NCBI GenBank assembly: GCA_040954595.2
Contig: CM082588.2
Span: 11,545,398-11,609,397 of the forward strand
DNA: 64,000 nt
Direction: 5' to 3'
Source of the DNA: Balanoglossus misakiensis
Taxonomy: Eukaryota > Animalia > Hemichordata
Shown: piece by piece, positions 1 through 13,081 of the stretch
Layout of the letters: each line of letters starts with the position of its first letter
Numbering within the stretch: the first letter of the stretch is position 1
The notes under the pieces: generated by a model
Database searches by the model: none
Seen by the model: the letters and a program-made list of their open reading frames with translations, nothing else
What the model was told of the DNA's origin: nothing
Position numbers and translations under genes: made by a program

Positions 1-1331
1 TATCGTATATTTGATACATTTTTGATTACTGACTTTACCTGTTTATTGTGATTACGCAATTGAAGTAGTCCGCAGGTGTTGACTGTATTTCTTGTGAGGT
101 ATTCGATTTCGAGTTATGATGTTTCTGTATGAAAGCTCTTTTATTGTTATTGATCGAATATTTGCTACTGGAAAGTTGAATTTGTTCCGTCCAGGCAGTA
201 CCGCGTGTATTCAGTCAAAGGTTTGGCGGGTGTAATACGGCGATGAACTAGTGAGTAAAAAGGGAACTTTTTAATATGGCCGTTGTCCGATTGTATTGAC
301 GAGAGTGGAATCTCCACAAAAATCCGAACCATCGGCAGAATCGTACGGCGAAATTGCATCTAGAATGGGAATCGAGGAGAGCCGGATGTTAACTAACATT
401 ATTTGAGCTAGTCTTCGTGAGATCCCTACGTAAGAAGCATTTCATCGACTATTTCGAACGACAGGTCTGCTGTACCTGAACGAACCATTGTTATTGTCAC
501 GCTGATTACTGAGACACCGATCGCCGAGATCCAACGATTACGGGTACTCGCGCAGGTTTCTCAACGTCGATGCTTCACGAACTGAAAGCTGATGTAAGTA
601 CGATCTCATTAACGCTAATCATGTAAAATCGGACTGGATTTGATAAACTTACGGCCTTTCTAGGTTCTTCGAACCACGGCGTGTGGGGAATGCAATGAGC
701 CGCATTGTATGACCCCCAACGTCTACAAACTTTGAACGAATCATATACGAGCAGGAACACTCGACCCTACGATCGATTTGCCGATCACGGAACTGATCAG
801 CGCTTCGTCATCAAGCTCCGCTTTACGCCTGGATACACTCGGAGCGTTTGCGACGAGCGAACTTTGAGATATTTGCATTGATTGTTAGAGGATTCTCTTC
901 GTTGGATTTTGGAAGCGGATCGACGCGACTGTTGAGTGCGGGACAGCGCCCTCATCGCCAGAACTCGATTGTGCGTCACGTTCGTTTATAAACTGTTGAA
1001 CTTTGACCGGACTCGCGGCAGGTTGTGCCACGCCAGTTTTCTTCAGGAAGGTGTTACTTGTTAATGAAACAGGTTTTGATAGAGCTCTTGTTACATCTCT
1101 GATGTTGATAGACTTACTATTAATTATACTTCTTTCATTGGATATAAAGTGTCTTTGTGTCATTTTGTCCACACCCCCTTCACTCGCCCTGTGTTCCCAA
1201 AGCTACCGCAATCACCACGAATCCTACGACCCAACTCACATGAACGAAACTTGTTGATTACCCTTGTCGAGTTTGCTCACGCCCAGCTAGCCCATCGTTT
1301 TTATTGGAATTTTGAAAGGGGAACACTAACA
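1..1331 (-). mobile_element. Probable long LTR (or LTR-element end) of a retrotransposon, truncated by the window edge
   Basis: Unique non-coding sequence ending in ...GGGGAACACTAACA (minus strand starts TGTTAGTG) directly against satellite sequence TACGCTAGT. AATAAA signals lie on the minus strand near 141-146 and 42-47. No partner LTR, TSD or coding domain is visible, so the call is tentative. Confidence 0.4.
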
Positions 1332-4300
1332 TACGCTAGTATCTGTCATATTGTGACGGAGATTTAGCCGAGCCAGGCCGTAGAAAAATCGACTTGTTCA
1401 ACGTTACCAGTGTGCAACTGTTTCTGCTCTAGAGTGTCAGGGTTTTAGCCGACTTATGCTGTAGGAAATCTGAGTTGATGAACGGGAATTCAATGTTAGA
1501 AAACCCGTGTGGAAAGTATCTCTACCCGTTTGAATCTAAGAAAAGAATTTATTCTTATTTAATTTGTAAAAAAGACAATTTTTCGAAAAAAAGTCGAAAA
1601 TGGAAATTTTGTCTTGGGTGATTCAAATTATACCGCCTTTTCTGGAATTTGCAGCACTTTTTACAAGAGAACGACACTTCATGCTCCATAATATTTCCGA
1701 AAATGAAGAAAAGAGTTAATTTTTTATGATTTTTTAAAAATTTACCATTTTTGTCAAAATATGGCCAAAATGGCTATTTTTTCTTGAATTCCATCAATAT
1801 CTCTGCATTTTTGGAGTGGTCGAAAGTTGTAACATACAATCAACATGTCATATATGATCAGGGCACCAAATTCGAAGAACAAAGGTTTTTTTGTTTTTTT
1901 TTTCTAAAAATGACATTTTCAAGGAAAATTTGGTAAAACGCAATTTTGTCTGCAGTGAGCAACATTAGACGGTCTTCTGTGGAATTTGTATCGATATATA
2001 CATACGAAGAGCATTCTATACTCCATCAGATTTCCGAAAATATAGAAAACAGGTATTTTTTGTAATTTTCAAAAATTTACCATTTTGACCAAATTATGGC
2101 TAAAATTGTTATTTTCGTGTTGAATGCCGCCAGTGTCACTGCTTTTAAAAGTCATAAAAACTTTTAACATACAAGCAATTGTTTATATATGACCAGGTCA
2201 CCGAATTAAAAAAAATAAAGAATGTTTTGCCTAAAAATGACCTTTTTGGTGCAAAAACGAATAAAACGCAATTTTGTATTAAATCAGCTCATTCAGAGTG
2301 CATTTTTTATAATCAGCACCATTTTTACATATAATGGAAATTTCATACATCATCAGATATCCAAATATGAAAAAATGATTTAGATTTTAGATGATTGTCC
2401 AAAATTAGCTGATATCTAATAAATGTAGTATTGAAGCGGTCTGTTCCCCCCCCCCCCCTACATTATATGCGGTACGCCGATGTCAGCTTACCCGGCAGTA
2501 CTGCAGGCCGGGCCCCCAACTAACGTCGGTGTTTGAAACGCCCTGGTTAAATTCGGGCTTTCTCTATAAATTGACAGGCAATTATGCAGTCCTACCCGAA
2601 CAAATGTCGAGTGTTGACCCGCTGTGACTTTCCCTCTTCGGTTTGCCCGACTTAGCCAACGTCTTTGTACTAGAGTGTCGGGTCTTTTGCAGAGCCAGGC
2701 CGAAGGAAATCCGACTTGATCACCGTTGATAACGAACGCTAGTGTCTGTCATGGTGTGCCGGGGTTTTAGTCGAGCCAGGCCGTAGGAGATCTGACTTGA
2801 TCATCGTGGTCAATGTACGCGTGTTTCCGCTCTAAAGTGCCGGGGCTTCTTGCTAAACCAGGCCGTAGGAAATCCGACGTAATCACCGTTGATAACTTAC
2901 GCCAGTCTGTGTCATATAGAGCCGGTTCACCAGCCGAGCCAGGCCGAAGGAAATGTGAGTAGATCAATGTGGTCTCTGTACGCGTGTTTCTGCTCTAGAG
3001 TGCCAGGGATTTAGCCAAGCCATACCGTAGGAAATCTGACTTGATCAACGTTGCTAACGAACGCTAGTGTATGTCATAGTGTGCCGGGGTTTTAGTCGAG
3101 CCAAGCCGTAGGAGATCAGACTTGATCAACGTGGTCAATGTACGCCTGTTTCTGCTCTAGAGTGCCGGGGCTTCAGCTGAGCCAGGCCGTAGGAAACCCG
3201 ACGTGATTACCGTTGTTAACTTACGCCAGTCTGTGTCCTTTATATAGTGCCGGGGCATCAGCCGTGCCAGGCCGAAGGAAATGTGAGTAGATCAACGTGG
3301 TCTCTGTACGCGTGTTTCTGCTCTAGAGTGCCAGGGCTTTAGCCAAGCCATGCCGTAGGAAATCTGACTTGATCAACGTTGCTAACGAACGCTAGTGTCT
3401 GTCATAGTGTGCCGGGGTTTTAGTCGAGCCAAGCCGTAGGAGATCAGACTTGATCAACGTGGTCTCTGTACGCGTATTTCCGCTCTAAATTGCCGGGGCT
3501 TCAGCTAAACCAGGCCGTAGGAAATCCGACGGAATAACCGTTGATAACTTACGCCAGTCTGTGTCATATAGAGCCGGTGCACCAGCCGAGTCACGCCATA
3601 GGAAATCTGACTTGATCAACGTGGTCAATGTACGCTTGTTTCTGCTCTAGAGTGCCGGGGCGTCAGCTGAGCCAGGCCGTAGGAAACCCGACGTGATTAC
3701 CGTTGTTAACTTACGCCAGTCTGTGTCCTATATATAGTGCCGGGGCATCAGCCGTGCCAGGCCGAAGGAAATGTGAGTAGATCAACGTGGTCTCTGTACG
3801 CGTGTTTCTGCTCTAGAGTGCCAGGGCTTTAGCCAAGCCATGCCGTAGGAAATCTGACTTGATCAACGTTGCTAACGAACGCTAGTGTCTGTCATAGTGT
3901 GCCGGGGTTTTAGTCGAGCCAAGCCGTAGGAGATCAGACTTGATCAACGTGGTCTCTGTACGCGTGTTTCCGCTCTAAATTGCCGGGGCTTCAGCTAAAC
4001 CAGGCCGTAGGAAATCTGACTTGATCACCGTTGCTAACGTACGCTAGTGTCTGTCATATTGTGACGGAGATTTAGCCGAGCAAGGCCGTAGAAAAATCGA
4101 CTTGTTCAACGTTACCAGTGTGCAACTGTTTCTGCTCTTGAGTGTCAGGGTTTTAGCCGACTTATGCTGTAGGAAATCTGAGTTGATGAACGGGAATTCA
4201 ATGTTAGAAAACCCGTGTGGAAAGTATCTCTACCCGTTTGAAACTAAGAAAAGAATTTATTCTTATTTATTTTGTAAAAAAAAACAATTTTTCGAAAAAA

Positions 4301-7115
4301 AGTCGAAAATGGTAATTTTGTCTTGGGTGATTCACATTATACCGCCTTTTCTGGAATTTGCAGCACTTTTTACAAGAGAACGACACTTCATGCTCCATAA
4401 TATTTCCGAAAATGAAGAAGAGAATTAATTTTTCATGATTTTTTAAAAATTCACCATGTTTGTCAAAATATGGCCAAAATGGCTATTTTTTCTTGAATTC
4501 CGTCAATATCTCTGCATATTTGGAGTGGTCGAAAGTTTTAACATACAATCAACATGTCATATATGATCAGGGCACCAAATTCGAAGAACAAAGGTTTTTT
4601 TATTTATTTTTTTCTAAAAATGACATTTTCAAGGAAAATTTGGTAAAACGCAATTTTGTCTGCAGTGAGCCAAATTAGACGGTCTTTTGTGGAATTTGTA
4701 TCGATATATACATACGAAGAGCATTATATACTCCATCAGATTTCCGAAAATGTAGAAAACAGGTATTTTTTGTAATTTTCAAAAATTTACCATTTTGACC
4801 AAATTGTGGATAAAATTGTTATTTTCGTATTGAATGCCGCCAGTGTCACTGCTTTTAAAAGTCATAAAAACTTTTAACAGACAAGCAATTGTTTATATAT
4901 GATCAGGTCACCGAATTAAAAAAATAAAGACTGTTTTGCCTAAAAATGACCTTTTTGGTGCAAAAACGAATAAAACGCAATTTTGTATTAAATCAGAGTG
5001 CATATTTTATAATCAGCACCATTTTTACATATAATGGAAATTTCATACATCATCAGATATCCAAATAATTTAGATTTTAGATGATTGTCCAAAATTAGCT
5101 GATATCTAATAAATGTAGTATTGAACCGTTCCACCCCCCCCCCCCCCCTTACATTATATGCGGTACGCCGATGTCAGCTTACCCGGCAGTACTGCAGGCC
5201 GTGCCCCCAACTAACGTCGGTGTTTGAAACGCCCTGGTTTAATTCGGGCTTTCTCTATAAATTGATGACAAGCAATAATGCAGTCCTAACCGAACAAATG
5301 TCGAGTGTTGACCCGCTGTGACTTTCCCTCTTCGGTTTGCCCGACTTAGCCAACGTCTTTGTACTAGAGTGTCGGGTCTTTTGCAGAGCCAGGCCGAAGG
5401 AAATCCGACTTGATCACCGTTGCTAACGAACGCTAGTGTCTGTCATGGTGTGCCGGGGTTTTAGTCGATCCAGGCCGTAGGAGATCTGACTTGATCATCG
5501 TGGTCAATGTACGCGTGTTTCCGATCTAAAGTGCCGGGGCTTCAGCTAAACCAGGCCGTAGGAAATCCGACGTAATCACCGTTGATAACTTACGCCAGTC
5601 TGTGTCATATAGAGCCGGTGCACCAGCCGAGTCACGCCGTAGGAAATCTGACTTGATCAACGTGGTCAATGTACGCCTGTTTCTGCTCTAGAGTGCCGGG
5701 GCTTCAGCTGAGCCAGGCCGTAGGAAACCCGATGTGATTACCGTTGTTAACTTACGCCAGTCTGTGTCTGATATATAGTGCCAGGGCATCAGCCGTGCCA
5801 GGCCAAAGGAAATGTTAGTAGATCAACGTGGTCTCTGTATGCGTGTTTCTGCTCTAGAGTGCCGGGGCTTTATCCAAGCCCTGCCGTAGAAAATCTGACT
5901 TGATCACCGTTGCTAACGTACGCTAGTGTCTGTCATATTGTGACGGAGATTTAGCCGAGCCAGGCCGTAGAAAAATCGACTTGTTCAACGTTACCAGTGT
6001 GCAACTGTTTCTGCTCTAGAGTGTCAGGGTTTTAGCCGACTTATGCTGTAGGAAATCTGAGTTGATGAACGGGAATTCAATGTTAGAAAACCCGTGTGGA
6101 AAGTATCTCTACCCGTTTAAAACTAAGAAAAGAATTTATTCTTATTTATTTTGTAAAAAAAGACAATTTTTCGAAAAAAAAAGTCGAAAATGGTAATTTT
6201 GTCTTGGGTGATTCAAATTATACCGCCTTTTCTGGAATTTGCAGCACTTTTTACAAGAGAACGACACTTCATGCTCCATAATATTTCCGAAAATGTAGAA
6301 AAGAGTTAATTTTGCATGATTTTTTAAAAATTTACCATTTTTGACAAAATATGGCCAAAATGGCTATTTTTTCTTGAATTTCGTCACTATCTCTACATTT
6401 TTGGAGTGGTCGAAAGTTTTAACATACAATCAACATGTCATATATGATCAGGGCACCAAATTCGAAGAACAAAGGTTTTTTTATTTTTTTTTTCTAAAAA
6501 TGACATTTTCAAGCAAAATTTGATAACATGCAATTTTGTCTGCAGTGAGACTGTCTTTTGTGGAATTTGTATCGATATTTACATACGAAGAGCATTCTAT
6601 ACTCCATCAGATTTCCGAAAATGTAGAAAAAGGTATTTTTTGTAATTTTCAAAAATTTTCCATTTTGACCAAATTGTGGCTAAAATTGTTATTTTCGTGT
6701 TGAATGCCGCCAGTGTCACTGCTTTTAAAAGTCATAAACACTTTTAACATACAAGCAATTGTTTATATATGATCAGGTCACCGAATTAATAAAATAAAGA
6801 ATGTTTTGCCTAAAAATGACCTTTTTGGTGCAAAAACGAATAAAACGAAATTTTGTATTAAATCAGAGTGCATTTTTATAATCAGCACCATTTTTACATA
6901 TAATGGAAATTTCATACATCATCAGATATCCAAATATGAAAAAATGATTTAGATGATTGTCCAAAATTAGCTGATATCTAATAAATGTAGTATTGAACCG
7001 TTCTGTTTCTCCCCCCCCCCCCATACATTATATGCGGTACGCCGATGTCAGCTTACCCGGCAGTACTGCAGGCCGTGCCCCCAACTAACGTCGGTGTTTG
7101 AAACGCCCTGGTTAA

Positions 7116-7911
7116 GATGGGTCCCTGGGATCTTTTTGCCCGTTGCTATGGGCCTTTATAGGACACTACACTCAATTTTGATCGAAACCATTATGAACGT
7201 CCGACAAGGGGCTTGTATCTAGTTAAAAATACACACGATTGTGTGCACACCCCCTGTCCAAGTATGTTTACGGCAGCTACCGCCCGGCCATAGGCCGCCA
7301 CGCTAATACGGCAAAGCAGCGGTCAGCGATAGCGTGCGCGTCCTGTAACCACAGTAACTGGATCGAACGCTTAAAATCCAATGTTTTGTACACAGAGATT
7401 TTGTACCGTTCACGAAAATCCCTAAGGCTTTTTTCATAGGCCACGTACGCCAGTCAAATTTGACCTGCTTGTTGAGAACGCACTTCCGCACAGTGTGACG
7501 GATCGTTTTTTGGGGTTTTCGTCGTGCTAAGAAGCGATACTGGTGGAAGAGTGCGTCCAAAAACACCCAAAATCGATGACTTTTTCAGGTGTGGTACGGG
7601 TATGCTGAAATCGTAGGATACAACGATAATATTCGAAAACAAAATCCGTCACGATCTTCCCTGGTTCAAGCAACTAATGAATACGTCTCAAGTTCGTTTT
7701 TGAGGTCACGGAATAAAAAGCCTTAGGCTTTTGAAATTTGACCTAGCTAATTTGCATATCAATGGCGTCAGGGGGCGCGCGCTCACAATCGTGCAGATTT
7801 TCAACTAGTTACCAGCCCCTTGTTAGACTCTGAAAACGGCTTAGTCCAAATCGGGGTGTAATGTCCTGCAAAGGCCCATAGCAACGAGCAAAAAGATCCC
7901 AGGGACCCATC
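7116..7911. mobile_element. Non-autonomous DNA transposon (MITE), TTAA-targeting, Kolobok-like
   Basis: TTAA is duplicated at 7112-7115 and 7912-7915; the empty site GCCCTGGTTAAATTCGGG is present in other units. TIRs GATGGGTCCCTGGGATCTTTTTGC... are near-perfect for ~55 bp and imperfect to ~135 bp. 5'-RR termini with a TTAA TSD fit Kolobok rather than piggyBac (CC/YY). No transposase. Confidence 0.9.
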
Positions 7912-8870
7912 TTAAATTCGGGCTTTCTCTATAAATTGACAGGCAATAATGCAGTCCTACCCGAACAAATGTCGAGTGTTGACCCGCTGTGACTTTCCCT
8001 CTTCGGTTTGCCCGACTTAGCCAACGTCTTGTACTAGAGTGTCGGGTCTTTTGCAGAGCCAGGCCGAAGGAAATCCGACTTGATCACCGTTGCTAACGAA
8101 CGCTAGTGTCTGTCATGGTGTGCCGGGGTTTTAGTCGAGCCAGGCCGTAGGAGATCTGACTTGATCATCGTGGTCAATGTACGCGTGTTTCCGCTCTAAA
8201 GTGCCGGGGCTTCAGCTAAACCAGGCCGTAGGAAATCTGACTTGATCAACGTTGCTAACGAACGCTAGTGTCTGTCATAGTGTGCCGGGATTTTAGTCGA
8301 GCCAAGCCGTAGGAGATCAGACTTGATCAACGTGGTCTCTGTACGCGTGTTTCTGCTCTAGAGTGCCGGGGCTTTATCCAAGCCATGCCGTAGAAAATCT
8401 GACTTGATCACCGTTGCTAACGTACGCTAGTGTCTGTCATATTGTGACGGAGATTTAGCCGAGCCAGGCCGTAGAAAAATCGACTTGTTCAACGTTACCA
8501 GTGTGCAACTGTTTCTGCTCTAGAGTGTCAGGGTTTTAGCCGACTTATGTTGTAGGAAATCTGAGTTGATGAACGGGAATTCAATGTTAGAAAACCCGTG
8601 TAGAAAGTATCTCTACCCGTTTGAAACTAAGAAAAGAATTTATTCTTATTTATTTTGTAAAAAAGACAATTTTTCGAAAAAAAGTCGAAAATGGTAATTT
8701 TGTCTTGGGTGATTCAAATTATACCGCCTTTTCTGGAATTTGCAGCACTTTTTACAAGAGAACGACACTTCATGCTCCATAATATTTCCGAAAATGAAGA
8801 AAAGAGTTTATTTTTTATGATTTTTTACAAATGTACCATTTTGTCAAAATATGGCCAAAATGGCTATTTT

Positions 8871-9179
8871 TGTGACGTACTTTACGTCTGGGGTGGATTT
8901 ATGAACAAGGTTCTGGGGGATGGCAGGGGAAATTACAGGAGCGGGACGCAGCTGTACAACCTTTAAACAGCTTTTATTGAAGGTCACTCAAGAAGTGATT
9001 ACACAAGCACAAAACGCCAGCCAAAAAGTAGCAAATTTTGTTTTGGCGGGGAAAGATATGTCATTGGGTGATTAACTAGGCCTCTGATTGGGCTAAAATA
9101 CTCAGCTCTGATTGGCTCAAAGCATCCGAGCTGTGATCCTCAAAATGACTCATGGTCAGAGTTTTTAGCATCTCCGATA
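8871..9179 (-). repeat. 3' LTR of BEL/Pao #1 (~309 bp; minus-strand TATCGGAG...CGTCACA)
   Basis: Bounded by the satellite junction and by the polypurine tract GCGGCCCGGGAGAA (9180-9193, minus). It has two CCAATCAGAG boxes and an AATAAA on the minus strand. Confidence 0.85.
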
Positions 9180-9310
9180 TTCTCCCGGGCCGCAAAAGTG
9201 AACAAGAAATCAAGAATAAACTAGAAAATCCTGAAATACATGCAAACTAGAAAAATCAGATTGTCCATTGTTCGATTGTCATTGAAACACAGACAATGTC
9301 AATGTCCACT

Positions 9311-12300
9311 TCATGTCGATACGGAGCGCGAGTTCACTTCCAGCGGGAAGAGTTTGCTCACTGGCCTTGTGGTGTGTCCCTTGGCGGTTCTGATTTCCGC
9401 TGATCGGACTAGGTTGTCGCGTCCGTAGTTCAATCGTTCCACCGTAGCCAAAGTCCATTCCAGGCGTCGTTTGATGTCTTCATGTACAAGGACCACGTCC
9501 CCAACCTGTATCTTGTTGCCGGGACTCCCTATTGGCGAGTGGTTTTCACGTAGCGCGGGCAAATATTCCGATACCCATCGTCGCCAAAATCGCGTCTGGA
9601 GCGTAGCCATCAGAGTGTAGCGCTTGTTTAGATCGCTATGGTTACCGTAGGTCGGGTCGGTGAGTTCATCGTCTTCGACGGTGAGATAAGGTACCGTTGT
9701 CAAGGGGCGTCCGTGTAATAAATGAGCGGGCGTCAACGGCACGGCGTCTTCAGCATCCGAAGAAACATATGTGATCGGTCGGTCGTTTATTACGGCCTCA
9801 ACTTCGGTCAGCAAGGTATACAGTTCATTGAATGTCACGTAGGCGCGTCCTAAGACCTTCTTTATTGCGGTCTTAGTTATTCCGATTAGCCGTTCCCAAA
9901 ATCCCCCGAACCAAGGGGCTCGTTTCGGGATGAAGTTCCACTGGCATCGTCTGTTGGCGAGATGAGCCTTCACTTCGGGCGCGTCGAATAAACGGCGTAG
10001 TTCGGCGGCCGCGGACACGAAGTTAGACGCGTTATCTGATATCATTTTGCTCGGTAGCGAGCGTCTTGCAGCGAAACGGCGGAATGCTTGTAGAAAGCTA
10101 TTCGCGGACAAGTCGTCAACAAGTTCCAAATGCACGGCGCGTGTAACAGCGCAAGTGAACAGGCAGACATACACCTTTTTCTCTCGTACAGGTTTGGGCG
10201 ATTTGATGTACAACGCTCCGGTGAAGTCAACTCCGGTTACGTTGAAAGGCGGGGCTGTTTTCACACGATCTGCTTGTAGCGGTGCTTGTCTTGGGTAGCT
10301 GTAGGCGTGCCCGTTGATTTTGCGGCATGTGACACACTTACTCAGTAGAGCTCTCACGGTACGGCGTATTCTCGGTATCCAGAATTTCTGCCGTAAATGA
10401 GCTACAGTCGATTGTACTCCGGCGTGAAGTAAACGCGAATGCGCGTCGCGAATGACGAGTTCCGTGAATCGATGGTTTCGCGGTAGCAGAATTGGGAATT
10501 TGGCGTCGAAGCCAATTGGCGCGTTATGTAGTCTGCTATCACATCTTGTGATGTCTCTGTCATCAGTGAAAAGATTCAGCGGCTTCGTCAGAGCGGCTCG
10601 TTGTCCTGTTTCGCCGAAAGTCTGTTTTTGGGTGTCCTTGATCCATGTGTTTTCGGCATGTTGTATTTCCTCAGCTGTGAGGGGACCGAATTTCCGAGTG
10701 CTGTTCCGTTTTATGTTCGAAACGAATCTTAGCACTTGTGCGGTGACACGGAGAAGTTTGTTCAACGTGCTGAACCGATTCGCGTCAATCACTTGTTGTA
10801 TTCCGGTAGTCTGGGGCTTAGCGGTCAAACAGTCCGCGAGTTTTTCATCTTGAAGTCTCGTCTCGAGGGGGTTACTCGCGGGGAGAAGTTCCGATTCATT
10901 CACCGTCGATACCGGTGCGTGGTGAATCGCGCTGTCGAACACTTCGCTTATAGGCCAGTCGCCTTGTTTCAGCCAAGGTGGGCCGTTCCACCAAAGGCCA
11001 GACTCACGTAGATCAGCGATAGAAATCCCGCGGGTCAGCAAATCTGCCGGATTGTCCCCCGTGGGACAGTATTTCGCGGTGCAGGAAATCGCGTTTATTT
11101 CTCTTACACGATTGGCAACGAAGATCGGAAGTTTCTTGTCGCTGTTTAACCAATGTAGGACTATTTGACTATCAGACCACAGAATTTTCTCTGTGATGCG
11201 AATTTTGCCTTGTAGGGAGTTTGAGACGAATTGCAACAGCCTTGCACCGATCAAGGCGGCCATCAGTTCGAGGCGCGGGAGAGTGAACTCTCTGAGAGGT
11301 GCCACGCGATTCTTTGCCATGACAAGCGCGGTTTGATTGGCATGTCGTAAGTAGGCGACGGCTCCATAGGCCTTCATGCTCGAGTCGGCGAACACGTGGA
11401 GCTCATAGTTTTGATTGACAGGCGAGTTGTCAAAATATCGGCGATTGAGTTTCAACGTGGTCGTTTCGCGTATTTCTCTTGCGATGTCTGTCCACTGTTT
11501 ATTGAGTTCGTTTTCTAGCGGTTCGTCCCAGGCGAGACCTTTTATCCACAGTTGCTGTATAAACAGTTTCGCCTTAATGAGAACTGGCGAAAGATACCCC
11601 AGAGGGTCGTATAAGCTGGCAGTGGTTCGAACCACTTCACGTTTCGTAGTGAGATTGTCCGGTATTTGGAGATTCTTCTTCGCGTAGGCGAGTTCGTCGG
11701 TTTCGGTTAACCAGCGAAGTCCTAGTGTGTTCACGTCAGTAGCGCGTTCGAGTTTATCATCCTTTGCAGCAAGTGCGCGAACATCTTCACAGTTACTCGA
11801 CCAACTTCGTAGATTGAATCCGCAAGATTCTAACAGACGGTTTGACTCTCTGTAGTAGTCAACTGCTTCGCTCGGGCTGTCAGCTCCGCTGAGTATGTTG
11901 TCAACGTAGATATTATTTTTGAGATCGATGGAAGTTGGCGTGGATTGAGCGGACTCGAGATGGGTTTTCACGACTGCGTTTAAAATGAATGGCGAGCAAA
12001 CTGCGCCGAATAGAACCACCTTGAAGCGATATGTTTTGAAGTCGCTTTCCGGGTCTGTCGGATCAGACAACCACAAAAACTTCGTGAATTGACGATCGCT
12101 TTCGTCAAGTCGAACATGCAGAAAAGCCTTTTCTATGTCACTCGTAAAGGCAAAGCGGTTTGCGCGAAACCGAAGTAGAATTTGTGTGAGGTCGTTGAGC
12201 AGAGGCGGGCCGGTTTGCAAACAGTCATTCAAACTCGGTGTGTCGGTAGATTGCCTGCAACTACAATCATACACGATTCTGATTGGCGTAGTGGCTGAAT

Positions 12301-12517
12301 CTTTTTTCACGGGGCGATGGGGCAAGTAGTGACCGGTGCGGCGCGTGTCCATGTCGCCTGGTACTTCTTCGATGAAATCTCGCGATTCCTGATCAGAAAT
12401 GATTTTGTCATACGCTTTCAGAATGTCCGGTGAAAGCCTACGCACCATAGAACGCGTGCGATTATCAGTGACCCCGTAGTTAACGGGTAGTGACGGGTGG
12501 TTGGACTTCCATGGCAA
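9311..12517 (-). CDS. pol: BEL/Pao pol polyprotein (RT, RNase H, integrase), uninterrupted 1068 aa but N-truncated
   Basis: Motifs: TTPIRIVYDCS, SLNDCLQTGP, DIEKAF, YVDN (RT); [29 protein letters not shown] (RNase H); H..H..CVTC, GVDFTG, SDNAS, WFGGFWERL (integrase). The frame stays open (IENGTYIAKLPWK) up to the junction at ~12546, so there is no true start codon. Confidence 0.93.
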   Translation of the reverse strand: MPWKSNHPSLPVNYGVTDNRTRSMVRRLSPDILKAYDKIISDQESRDFIEEVPGDMDTRRTGHYLPHRPVKKDSATTPIRIVYDCSCRQSTDTPSLNDCLQTGPPLLNDLTQILLRFRANRFAFTSDIEKAFLHVRLDESDRQFTKFLWLSDPTDPESDFKTYRFKVVLFGAVCSPFILNAVVKTHLESAQSTPTSIDLKNNIYVDNILSGADSPSEAVDYYRESNRLLESCGFNLRSWSSNCEDVRALAAKDDKLERATDVNTLGLRWLTETDELAYAKKNLQIPDNLTTKREVVRTTASLYDPLGYLSPVLIKAKLFIQQLWIKGLAWDEPLENELNKQWTDIAREIRETTTLKLNRRYFDNSPVNQNYELHVFADSSMKAYGAVAYLRHANQTALVMAKNRVAPLREFTLPRLELMAALIGARLLQFVSNSLQGKIRITEKILWSDSQIVLHWLNSDKKLPIFVANRVREINAISCTAKYCPTGDNPADLLTRGISIADLRESGLWWNGPPWLKQGDWPISEVFDSAIHHAPVSTVNESELLPASNPLETRLQDEKLADCLTAKPQTTGIQQVIDANRFSTLNKLLRVTAQVLRFVSNIKRNSTRKFGPLTAEEIQHAENTWIKDTQKQTFGETGQRAALTKPLNLFTDDRDITRCDSRLHNAPIGFDAKFPILLPRNHRFTELVIRDAHSRLLHAGVQSTVAHLRQKFWIPRIRRTVRALLSKCVTCRKINGHAYSYPRQAPLQADRVKTAPPFNVTGVDFTGALYIKSPKPVREKKVYVCLFTCAVTRAVHLELVDDLSANSFLQAFRRFAARRSLPSKMISDNASNFVSAAAELRRLFDAPEVKAHLANRRCQWNFIPKRAPWFGGFWERLIGITKTAIKKVLGRAYVTFNELYTLLTEVEAVINDRPITYVSSDAEDAVPLTPAHLLHGRPLTTVPYLTVEDDELTDPTYGNHSDLNKRYTLMATLQTRFWRRWVSEYLPALRENHSPIGSPGNKIQVGDVVLVHEDIKRRLEWTLATVERLNYGRDNLVRSAEIRTAKGHTTRPVSKLFPLEVNSRSVST

Positions 12518-13081
12518 CTTCGCGATATATGTGCCATTTTCGATGCAACAGTATAGAAAACATTTTCCAATTTCCGAAAAACCTCTTTTTTACATAATTA
12601 CTGCTGAAAAAGTTAGAAATTTATGAAAATATTCCCCATTCTTTGCCAATTTCTAATGAAAAAATCACATAAAGGTATTCTTAGTCTCTTTCCTGCAGCT
12701 GTACAGCAGGAAAAATGCATTTTGTCATATTTTGGCTTTAAACTCAAATTAAAATTTATCTGTGAAAAAACTGAGTCTCCTTCAAAGCCACGTACATGAC
12801 AGTCCTTTTGATTTTTTTCTAATGAAATTTTGTCTCCATGTTTATTATGTGTAATATTTCTATTGAAAATTTGCAAGTGCGTGAATTGTTTGTAAAATTT
12901 CGCCAGAAAAAACAACAGCATCAAAAAGTAAATCTGAAACCCAATATTTATTACAAGAATTGTTAGATTAATATCCGTATCACACAAATCCGTTGGATTT
13001 CGTATGAATTTTAGGAAATAAGCACTGCTCATTGACAAATCCATATTTTGCAGCTGAAATACTTGGAAAAGAGTCAGTGGC

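Larger units (their letters stand above)
8871..12546 (-). mobile_element. BEL/Pao LTR retrotransposon #1, 5'-truncated (3' LTR + pol)
   Basis: Satellite breaks at ...TGGCTATTTT|TGTGACG. LTR, PPT and an RT-RNaseH-IN ORF follow. The gag, protease and 5' LTR are missing beyond the DNA-element junction. Confidence 0.95.

Noticed and set aside
2338-2362. Hammerhead-like core on the minus strand of each unit (CTGATGA-TGTAT-GAAA)
   Set aside because: Only 5 unpairable nt where helix II is needed, no convincing helices I/III with an NUH site, and the paralogous position (CTGATGGAGTATAGAA, ~2014-2029) lacks the motif. An Infernal search with Rfam hammerhead models would settle it.
10047-12329. Plus-strand ORFs antisense to pol (also 48996-54890 and 62785-63883)
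   Set aside because: Shadow ORFs of the retrotransposon coding strand with no independent features.
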